DNA of 54,425 nucleotides from Acidobacteriota bacterium (lineage in GTDB: Bacteria; Acidobacteriota; Terriglobia; Bryobacterales; Bryobacteraceae): contig JBDTVQ010000001.1 of the NCBI GenBank assembly GCA_040007195.1, forward strand, positions 1 to 54,425. Direction: 5' to 3'. Positions 27,520 to 35,425 of this stretch are shown piece by piece; the stretch's first letter is position 1; each line of letters starts with the position of its first letter. The translations under genes were made by a program, and so were the position numbers. Under the pieces are notes generated by a model. That model worked only from the letters and a program-made list of their open reading frames with translations, had not been told where the DNA came from and made no database searches.

Positions 27520-30500
27520 ATGAACAATTTGCATCGCGCAACCCGCCTCACCCTGTCGCTGAGTCTGCTAGCGTCGTTGAGCTTTGGCCAATCGAGCACG
27601 GCGGAAATTACCGGCGTGGTGACGGACACAACGGGCGGAGTGGTCCCCGGCGCTGAAGTGCAGGTGGCCAACGTCGATACAGGCGAAAAGCGTCCGTTTA
27701 CGACGGATCGAACCGGAAGCTTCGTGGTGCCCCAACTCCTGCCTGGGAGTTACCAGGTGACCGTAAATAAAGATGGATTCCGCCCATTCGTGCGGAGCGG
27801 CCTGATATTGCAGGTGGGCCAGCGGGCACGCGTGGATATCACGCTCCAAATAGGCTCGACGGGCGAGCGAATTGAAGTCGTTTCGCAAACTTCGCTGCTG
27901 GATGTGACGGAAGCCTCGCTCGGCCAGGTAATTGAGAACCGGAAGATCCTCGACCTTCCTCTGAACGGCCGCAACATCCTTGGCTTGACAGCGCTCACCA
28001 CGGGCGTCGTGCCCACGTCGTCGTTTTTTGGCGGTGGCGTTCCAGCCGGCCGCGCGGCTTCGCTGCAAGCCGGGGCCGCCGGGTTTTCCGTGAACGGTGG
28101 AGCGAAGGAGCAGAATGACGTGATGATGGACGGCGCGCCGCTGGCGCTATGCTGCCAGAATCAGATTTCGTTTCTGCCGTCGATCGATTCCACGCAGGAG
28201 TTCCGCGTGCGCACCAATATGTACGATGCGCAGTACGGCCGCACGAGCGGCGGTCTGGTTACATTCGCCAGCAAGAGCGGCACTAACGAATTGCACGGCA
28301 GCCTGTTTGAGTTTCTTCGGAACAAAGCGCTCGATTCGAGTAACTTCTTCGACAACCGGTCCGGCATCGGCAAGGCGCCGTTCGTATTCAATCAGTTCGG
28401 CGGCAGTATCGGCGGACCCATTTTCCGCGACAAGACATTCTTCTTCTTCAACTATGAGGGCGTGCGCAGCGTTCGAGGCGCGTCCACATCCGGCCGGACA
28501 CCCACGCCCGAAGAGCGCAGCGGCCAGTTCGCCGAGCTGATCTACGATCCATTGACGGTCCGCCAGTCGGGCACGACGTTTCTCCGCGATCCCTTCCCGA
28601 ACAGGCAGATTCCGTCCAATCGTTTCGATCCGGTGGCGGTGAAGCTGTTCAACTTCTATCCGCAACCGACCGTTGCCGGTGGGTCCGCCGTGAACTGGTT
28701 CAATAACGCAACCACGCCGGAAAATCAGGATCAGATCAACGTGCGCGGCGATCACATGATCAGCGCCACCAACCGGCTGTTTGCCCGCGTGTCCGTGCTT
28801 TTGAATAACGGCATCACGTCCAACGACTACAACAATATTGCGAGCGTCGGTTGGGCACAAAACGTGGATAACGCGAACATCCTGTTGGATGACACGATGA
28901 CACTGACGCCCACTTTTATCCTGAGCATGCGCTATGGCTTTACCCGCCAGTGGAACCGCCGGCTGGCCTTCAGCGAAGGGTCGGATCTGACGCAGTACGG
29001 TTGGCCGGCTTCGTATTCCAACGCCCGCCAGGCGACGCTTCTACCGGAACTGAGGCCGAGCGGTTATCTCGGACTGGTCAGGTCCACGCTGTTCCGCCGC
29101 GCGGCCGACAGTCACACTTTTGCGGGCGATGCCACGAAGATCATCGGCCGGCATATTCTGAAATTTGGCACAGACTTCCGTATCTATCACACGAACTGGA
29201 CAGACAACACGGCGGCCGGGGGTTCGTTCTCGTTCAACACGGGATTTACTCGCGGGCCGAATGCGCAGAGCGGCGGCGGAGGCAACTCAATTGCCAGCTT
29301 CCTACTGGGATTGCCATCCTCGGGGAGCATCCTAGTAACTCAACCGTTTTCGGCAACCAGTTACTACGACGCGCTCTATGTTCAGGACGACTTTCGAATT
29401 TCGAGCAAGCTCACCATTAATCTTGGCCTCCGTTGGGAAGTAGAAACGGCCCGAACGGAACGGTACAATCGCCTCAGTTATTTCGACACCACTGTCGCTT
29501 CCCCGCTGGCGTCCGTGTCTCCCGGCCTGCAGGGCGGCCTGATGTTTCCCGGCGTGGGCGGCAAGCCCCGGACGCAGCACGATACGGACTGGAACAACAT
29601 CGGTCCGCGCTTCGGATTCGCCTGGAATGCCCTTCCCCGCACGGTGCTGCGCGGCGGCTACGGAATCACGTACTCGCCGATCCAGACCCGCTACAACGGA
29701 ACCACCAACATCGGCTTTAGTTCCACAACTCCTTACTTCAGTTCATTGGACGGAGTTACTCCGGTTGGTGTATTGAGCAATCCATTCCCGAACGGGGTCG
29801 CTCAGCCGCCGGGGAGCGCCGATGGCTTACTGACGGCACTGGGCACTTCGTTCGCCTCACTGGTACGGCCCGGTCCGGTGGCCTACAACCAGCAGTGGAG
29901 TTTCAATATTCAGCGTGAGCTGACTCCGAACCTGCTGTTTGATGCCGCCTATGTCGGCAGCAAGGGAACCCGGCTGGACACGACCCTGGCCCTGGACCAA
30001 CTGAACGACAGCTACCTGGGACTGGGCAGCGCATTGTTGAATCAGCTCCCGAATCCCTTCGCGCCATACGTGACCGCGGGAGCGCTGAGCAACCCTACAG
30101 CCACGCGCAAGCAATTACTTCTGCCTTATCCGCAGTTCCTGGGGGTTTCCGCCCACGCCTCCATCGGTTCCTCGATTTACCATGGTCTTCAGCTGAAGTT
30201 GAATCGCCGGTTTAGCGGCGGTTTCAGCATTCTGGGATCCTTTACGTTCGGCAAGTTGATTGACGATACGAGCGGCTTTCAGAATGTCTACAACCGCCAG
30301 AACGATCGCGGTCTCGATCCGTCCGACATCTCACGCCGCCTGGTCATCAGTTATGTTTGGGAACTGCCATTCGGCAAGGGCCACCGTTTCCTGGGCTCGG
30401 CGCCGCGTGCCGTCGACGCGATATTGGGCGGATGGCAGCTAAACGGCATCAGCGTGTTTAGCACCGGCTTTCCCATCGCCCTCGGCAATGCGGTGTCCAC

Positions 30501-30873
30501 CACCTCTGGCGCCTCTCTGCCAAACAACAACGGGCAGAGCGCCAAGAAGGACGGCCCGGTCGATCAGCGGCTGAACCAGTACTTCAATACGAGCGTTTTC
30601 TCGGCCCCCGGCGTCTACGCATATGGCAACGCTCCGGGACAACTGCCCGACGTGCGGAGCGACGGTTCGCGCAACTTCGATGTCTCGCTTTTCAAAAACT
30701 TCGCCATTAACGAACGGGCCAAGCTCCAATTCCGCGCCGAAGTCTTCAATATCTTCAACACGCCGCAATTCGGCGCTCCGAACGCCAGTTTCGGAAACGC
30801 AAATTTCGGGGTAGTGGGAAGCCAGTACAACAATCCGCGGGATATCCAACTGGCCCTGCGGCTGAGCTTCTGA
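27520..30873 (+). CDS. TonB-dependent receptor with N-terminal carboxypeptidase-regulatory-like domain
   Basis: GGAGG precedes the ATG at 27520. A signal peptide is followed by ITGVVTDTTGGVVPGAEVQVANVDTGEKRPFTTDRTGSFVVPQLLPGSYQVTVNKDGF, a plug (LDLPLNGRNIL) and a barrel ending ...LALRLSF. Confidence 0.9.
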   Translation: MNNLHRATRLTLSLSLLASLSFGQSSTAEITGVVTDTTGGVVPGAEVQVANVDTGEKRPFTTDRTGSFVVPQLLPGSYQVTVNKDGFRPFVRSGLILQVGQRARVDITLQIGSTGERIEVVSQTSLLDVTEASLGQVIENRKILDLPLNGRNILGLTALTTGVVPTSSFFGGGVPAGRAASLQAGAAGFSVNGGAKEQNDVMMDGAPLALCCQNQISFLPSIDSTQEFRVRTNMYDAQYGRTSGGLVTFASKSGTNELHGSLFEFLRNKALDSSNFFDNRSGIGKAPFVFNQFGGSIGGPIFRDKTFFFFNYEGVRSVRGASTSGRTPTPEERSGQFAELIYDPLTVRQSGTTFLRDPFPNRQIPSNRFDPVAVKLFNFYPQPTVAGGSAVNWFNNATTPENQDQINVRGDHMISATNRLFARVSVLLNNGITSNDYNNIASVGWAQNVDNANILLDDTMTLTPTFILSMRYGFTRQWNRRLAFSEGSDLTQYGWPASYSNARQATLLPELRPSGYLGLVRSTLFRRAADSHTFAGDATKIIGRHILKFGTDFRIYHTNWTDNTAAGGSFSFNTGFTRGPNAQSGGGGNSIASFLLGLPSSGSILVTQPFSATSYYDALYVQDDFRISSKLTINLGLRWEVETARTERYNRLSYFDTTVASPLASVSPGLQGGLMFPGVGGKPRTQHDTDWNNIGPRFGFAWNALPRTVLRGGYGITYSPIQTRYNGTTNIGFSSTTPYFSSLDGVTPVGVLSNPFPNGVAQPPGSADGLLTALGTSFASLVRPGPVAYNQQWSFNIQRELTPNLLFDAAYVGSKGTRLDTTLALDQLNDSYLGLGSALLNQLPNPFAPYVTAGALSNPTATRKQLLLPYPQFLGVSAHASIGSSIYHGLQLKLNRRFSGGFSILGSFTFGKLIDDTSGFQNVYNRQNDRGLDPSDISRRLVISYVWELPFGKGHRFLGSAPRAVDAILGGWQLNGISVFSTGFPIALGNAVSTTSGASLPNNNGQSAKKDGPVDQRLNQYFNTSVFSAPGVYAYGNAPGQLPDVRSDGSRNFDVSLFKNFAINERAKLQFRAEVFNIFNTPQFGAPNASFGNANFGVVGSQYNNPRDIQLALRLSF

Positions 30874-30896
30874 TCTGGCAACGGTTACGGTGGGAT

Positions 30897-30929
30897 GGCG
30901 CGGGCCCCGCACAGTAGCGGGCCCGCGCC
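30897..30929 (+). terminator. Strong GC hairpin (11-bp perfect stem GGCGCGGGCCC/GGGCCCGCGCC) after the receptor gene
   Basis: It lies 24 nt after the stop codon and has an 11-nt loop. It is followed only by TT, so it is a possible attenuator or mRNA-stabilising element between the receptor and the propeller genes. Confidence 0.4.
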
Positions 30930-31100
30930 TTGCCTCCGGGCGTTCATAGGAGGCCTATGCAACTTTCCCGACGACGAACGCTCCCGGTTCCGCTGGGGCT
31001 TCGGGCCGCGATTGAGTCAAGAGTTGCATGCCGATCAAAAACTTCCGGCACTGTCTCAAGCGGCAACGGCCTCCCCGATCTCAGATGCAAAGGAACTTTG

Positions 31101-32255
31101 ATGTTTAGAACTCTACTCACGACCGCAACGTCAGCTTACTTAATTGCCTTCTGCCTCACGGTGCCGGGCGCCGCCCAGGACAAGGACCCGGCGCGACTGC
31201 TGCGCGATGAGGGTTCGCTGAAGAATCCGATGGAACTGAAGCTCCTTCCGTCGAAGACTTCCAGCATCTACAAAGCGGAAAAGGGTGGTTGGCAGTTCAA
31301 TCTTCACTCCTATATCACTTATTACGATGGCAAGTTCTGGGCCATCTGGTCGAGCGGCCGTGTGGATGAAGATAGCCCGTCGCAAGGAATTCGTTACGCC
31401 ACCAGCAAGGACGGGCACAGCTGGAGCGAGTCGCAGATGCTGGCGCCCGACCCGGATGGTCCCGAGGGCTTGGGGCGGTGGATCGCGCGGGGGATCTTTG
31501 TCGACGGTGGCAAGCTCTACGCGTTAACCGCATATATGGAAGGCGGCACCGACGTTGGAAAGCGGCGCGAAGCATGGCACAACCTTCGGTTGATGCGATG
31601 GGTTTGGACCGGATCGGCGTGGCGGGACATGGGTCTGTATCTGACCAACTGTATGAACAATTATCCGCCGCGGCTGTTGAACAAGAAATTGTTCATGACC
31701 TGCCGCGACAGTTTCATGCAGACTTACGCGGCCATCGCGGAACCTTCGGCCTCTCCCAAGTGGACCACGAAGCCGCTTCCCGGCACCGTGGATCACCGTT
31801 TTGACGAGCCGACCTGGCACATCGCCACGGATGGCACGGTACACATGATCATTCGCGACGGCACCAGATCGCGCTATTTGCTGCGTTCTGTGAGCAAGGA
31901 TAACGGGAACACATGGCCGGAACCGGTGCGAACCAACTATCCGGACGCCACGAGCAAGAATTTCACCGGCAAACTCTCGAACGGGTGGTATTTCCTGATT
32001 AACAATCCAAACCAGAATGGACGCGATCCGCTCGCCATCTCTTTCAGCCAGGACGGTTGGGTGTTTGACCATCCGGCCGCGTTGCGCAAAGGCGCACCGG
32101 CGAGAAGATTCGAAGGGCGCTCAAAGGGCAGCGGAAGCATCCAGTATCCGCACGCGATCGAAAAAGACGGCTCCCTGTGGGTGATCTATTCGACTAACAA
32201 AGAGGACATCGAAATCTCGCAATTTAAGATTGCCGATTTTGGCTTGGGCAAATGA
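31101..32255 (+). CDS. BNR/sialidase-fold propeller protein, paralogue P1
   Basis: A signal peptide is followed by WQFNLHSYITYYDGKFWAIWSSGRVDEDSPSQ, Asp-boxes (TSKDGHSWSE, SKDNGNTWPE, FSQDGWVF), NYPDATSKNFTGKLSNGWYFLINNPNQ, QYPHAIE and STNKEDIEISQFKIADF. The start was set at ATG 31101. Confidence 0.8.
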   Translation: MFRTLLTTATSAYLIAFCLTVPGAAQDKDPARLLRDEGSLKNPMELKLLPSKTSSIYKAEKGGWQFNLHSYITYYDGKFWAIWSSGRVDEDSPSQGIRYATSKDGHSWSESQMLAPDPDGPEGLGRWIARGIFVDGGKLYALTAYMEGGTDVGKRREAWHNLRLMRWVWTGSAWRDMGLYLTNCMNNYPPRLLNKKLFMTCRDSFMQTYAAIAEPSASPKWTTKPLPGTVDHRFDEPTWHIATDGTVHMIIRDGTRSRYLLRSVSKDNGNTWPEPVRTNYPDATSKNFTGKLSNGWYFLINNPNQNGRDPLAISFSQDGWVFDHPAALRKGAPARRFEGRSKGSGSIQYPHAIEKDGSLWVIYSTNKEDIEISQFKIADFGLGK

Positions 32256-33382
32256 AGAACGCCGCCTGTTTGATCGCGCTCGCGCTCACTCCGTGCCTGG
32301 CACAAGTGAAAGATCCAGCGCGCCTCTTAAGCGATGACGCGCTTCTCAAGACCCCGTCCGAGCTAGTTGTTGCTCCATCAAAGACGTCGACCGTCTACCG
32401 GGCTAGCAAGGGCGAATGGCAGTTCAATCTTCATTCTTATTTGGCCTACTTCGACGGTAAGTTTTGGGCGATGTGGTCCAGCGGCCGCGTGGATGAAGAC
32501 AGCCCGACCCAGTTAATCCGCTATTCCACGAGCAAAGACGGCCACACTTGGAGCGAGTCGCAAATCCTGGCGCCCGATCCCGACGGGCCAGAGGGACCGG
32601 GCCGTTGGATCGCGAGAGGAATCTACGTCGATCGAGGCAAGCTCTTCGCGCTGACGGCGTATGTTGCCGGGCGTGTCCAGAAGCCTAACCGGATCGAGTT
32701 TTGGCACGGGTTGCGCTTGATGCGCTATGTGTGGAGCGGATCGGAGTGGAAAGATGCCGGCCTTTATCTGGACGATTGCATGAATAACTATCCTCCCCAG
32801 ATGGTGGGAGGAAAGCTCTTCATGAGCTGCCGCGACAGTTACCGGCTCACGTACGCCGCCCTGGCTGCGCCGTCACCCTCGCCAAAGTGGCAAAGAACTT
32901 CTCTCCCGGGCACGAGCGATGCGAAGTTCAATGAGCCGAGTTCCTATCAGGCTACCGATGGGAGCATTCACATGATCATTCGGGATGGGGCTCGCTCCAA
33001 GCACCTTCTGCGTTCGGTGAGCCGGGACAACGGCGCTACCTTTTCCGAGCCGGTGCAGACGAACTACCCCGACGCAACCAGTAAGAACTTCACCGGGCGG
33101 CTTTCGAACGGGTGGTACTACCTGATCAACAATCCGAACCAAACAAGCCGGGATCCGTTGGCCATCTCGTTCAGCCGCGATGGCTGGAGTTTTGGCCATC
33201 CGCTGGCGATCCGGAAAGGCGCTCCACCGAGAAGGTTTGCCGGGCAGTTCAAAGGCAGCGGCAGCATTCAATATCCGCACGCGATCGAACACAACCGGTC
33301 GCTGTGGGTAATTTATTCGACGAATAAGGAAGACATAGAAATCTCCGAGTTTAAGATCGCGGATTTCAAGCTAGCGAAATGA
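32252..33382 (+). CDS. BNR/sialidase-fold propeller protein, paralogue P2
   Basis: It has the same motif set as P1 and is clearly more than half identical by eye. Its ATG overlaps the P1 stop (ATGA at 32252-32255). Confidence 0.85.
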   Translation: MKNAACLIALALTPCLAQVKDPARLLSDDALLKTPSELVVAPSKTSTVYRASKGEWQFNLHSYLAYFDGKFWAMWSSGRVDEDSPTQLIRYSTSKDGHTWSESQILAPDPDGPEGPGRWIARGIYVDRGKLFALTAYVAGRVQKPNRIEFWHGLRLMRYVWSGSEWKDAGLYLDDCMNNYPPQMVGGKLFMSCRDSYRLTYAALAAPSPSPKWQRTSLPGTSDAKFNEPSSYQATDGSIHMIIRDGARSKHLLRSVSRDNGATFSEPVQTNYPDATSKNFTGRLSNGWYYLINNPNQTSRDPLAISFSRDGWSFGHPLAIRKGAPPRRFAGQFKGSGSIQYPHAIEHNRSLWVIYSTNKEDIEISEFKIADFKLAK

Positions 33383-33467
33383 GAGGGCGCGTAAGTGTCC
33401 TCTCGTTGCCGGCGGCCGGGAGTATTTGCGCTCCGTTGCGCCGGGATAGGCAGGTCAGGCAAACACT

Positions 33468-34373
33468 ATGATTCAACTGCTGCAAGGTCCGATGGCCGCT
33501 CCGCTGGTTGCACGAACAGAAACCGGCGCAATCGATGAATGCGCTTTTCAACGAAATACGGAATTTCTCCTGCAGCGGGGCGTAACTGGTATCTGCGTGA
33601 ATGGAGCCACCGGTGAGTATGTGGCAGCTACCTTTGACGAACGGAGGAGATTGACGGAACTGGCGCGGAGCGAGTCCGGCGCCCGGCCGGTGGTGGCGGG
33701 AATCGGCTCGTTCGGCTTGGATTCCACACGGCTTCTGGGCACGGCCGCGCTGGATGCCGGCGCCGACGCACTCCTACTTCCGCCGCCCTATTTCTTCACC
33801 TATTCGGCCGGTGACCTCGAACAGTTCTATCGCGAGGCCGCCGAGGCCTTTCCTGGACGCCTGATGGTTTATAACCTGCCGTGGTTCGTGACGGGGATTG
33901 CGGGTGAGGTATCCGCCCGGATTGTGCAAACCGTGCCGGGCATCATCGGAATCAAGGAAAGCGGTCGCGAGATTCATTCCCTCCAGATTCTCAGCGAACG
34001 TGGTTCGAACCCGGTATGCCGCTTGGTTGGCAACGACGGGAACCTGGGAACAGCGTTGCGGAACGGTTGGTGCAGTGGAGTGATCTCCGGTGTGGCCGGT
34101 GTACTGCCGGAATTGATTGTGTCCATTTACACCAGTTTTGGTTCGGCGGACAAGACGCGATTTGAATCAGGCGTTCGATTTCTCGCCGAACTGATCGAGC
34201 ACCTGAACGTGTTCCCCACGCCTTGGGGCCTGAAGGTAATCGCCCATTGCAGGAAACTGGGAGAGCAACGGTTCCTGGTGCCAGTTTCACCCGAACGACG
34301 CATGCAGTTACAGGCGTTCGAAGCGTGGTTTAGTGGCTGGTGGCCGGAATGCCTTTCGGCACTGTGCAGCTAG
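33468..34373 (+). CDS. Dihydrodipicolinate synthase/N-acetylneuraminate lyase family protein (class I aldolase/dehydratase)
   Basis: Motifs seen are GICVNGATGEYVAATFDERRRL, a YNLP stretch and IIGIKESG (Schiff-base Lys context). Confidence 0.75.
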   Translation: MIQLLQGPMAAPLVARTETGAIDECAFQRNTEFLLQRGVTGICVNGATGEYVAATFDERRRLTELARSESGARPVVAGIGSFGLDSTRLLGTAALDAGADALLLPPPYFFTYSAGDLEQFYREAAEAFPGRLMVYNLPWFVTGIAGEVSARIVQTVPGIIGIKESGREIHSLQILSERGSNPVCRLVGNDGNLGTALRNGWCSGVISGVAGVLPELIVSIYTSFGSADKTRFESGVRFLAELIEHLNVFPTPWGLKVIAHCRKLGEQRFLVPVSPERRMQLQAFEAWFSGWWPECLSALCS

Positions 34374-34428
34374 ACACGCGACCGGAGCAGGCGGTTGTCA
34401 GCGGGTGCAATCTATTCGCCATCCGGCT

Positions 34429-35304
34429 TCAGACGATTCCCTCTCCCTGTAAGTATTTCTTGCGGAATTCACGCGGATTCATTTTCTTGAGTTTCAAGAA
34501 GCGCCGGTTGAAGTTCGAGAGGTTGTTGAAGCCGGCGGACATGGCAACCTCGGAAATGGTGGCGTCGGTTTCCAACAGCAATTTGCAGGCGAGTCCAACC
34601 CGCAGTTCATTCACATAAGCAGTCAGCGTGCGGCCGGTGGTCGTCCGGAACAGGTGGCAGAAACCCGACACGCTCAAATTGGCCAAGCCTGCGAGTTCTT
34701 CCAGTTGCAAGGGCTGCGTGTATTCCTGGAGGATATAGCTGCAGACCCGATCGATTCTACTTTCCGTGTGTTCGTGCAGCCTAGGATTGAAGCCCTCGCT
34801 TGAAAGCAGCGCAAATTCCCTGGAGCTGCCGAGGAGATCGAGGATCTCCAGAAAGCCCGCCAGTTGCAGCGGTCCCTTGAGGCCGGGCAGTTCAACCATT
34901 CTCCGGGCGGCATCGTGGCGAGTGCGGCCGTTGAAATCGATTCCGCGCGCCGAGAGGCTGAGCATGCGCCCGATGTGTTGCCAACCGGGAAGGTGCAAAA
35001 CGCCGTCGCCGAGGAGGGTGTCGACGAACTGGATTCCGATTGAGTCATGGGGCGCCCGTCCGGCGGGCAGGCGCGGGTCGCCGTACCAGGTGTGGGGCAC
35101 TTTAGGGCCCATCAGCACCAGATCGCCATCCTGGTAGTCGCCGATGTGATCGCCGACAAAGCGGGTGCCCTTGCCGCGGATGATGAGGTTCAATTCGTAC
35201 ACATCGTGGAAGTGCCAGAGGAACTTCGCGCGGTATCCCATTTTGCCGTTCACGCGAAAGAACGACTGTTCGCTTTCCCCGACATGCGCAAAGACAGGCT
35301 TCAT
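34429..35304 (-). CDS. AraC family transcriptional regulator (cupin sensor + HTH)
   Basis: The N-terminal cupin has WHFHDVYELNLIIRGKGTRFVGD. The C-terminus reads LEELAGLANLSVSGFCHLFRTTTG...ISEVAMSAGFNNLSNFNRRFLKLKKMNPREFRK. Confidence 0.9.
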   Translation of the reverse strand: MKPVFAHVGESEQSFFRVNGKMGYRAKFLWHFHDVYELNLIIRGKGTRFVGDHIGDYQDGDLVLMGPKVPHTWYGDPRLPAGRAPHDSIGIQFVDTLLGDGVLHLPGWQHIGRMLSLSARGIDFNGRTRHDAARRMVELPGLKGPLQLAGFLEILDLLGSSREFALLSSEGFNPRLHEHTESRIDRVCSYILQEYTQPLQLEELAGLANLSVSGFCHLFRTTTGRTLTAYVNELRVGLACKLLLETDATISEVAMSAGFNNLSNFNRRFLKLKKMNPREFRKKYLQGEGIV

Positions 35305-35316
35305 CGTCGACAGATA

Positions 35317-35336
35317 CCATTTTCAACCTAAAATGG
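35317..35336. promoter_or_regulatory. Inverted repeat CCATTTT-N6-AAAATGG in the divergent AraC/operon promoter region
   Basis: Perfect 7-bp arms lie 13 nt upstream of the AraC start codon and about 90 nt upstream of the first operon gene. It is a candidate operator only. Confidence 0.3.
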
Positions 35337-35425
35337 CTGGCTTTGGGTGGCGGCAGTGGAAAAAAGTATCGGAATTCGACAAAGCTGGCCTAGTGGACCC
35401 TCCTCATTCGCGATAGGCTTTGGCC

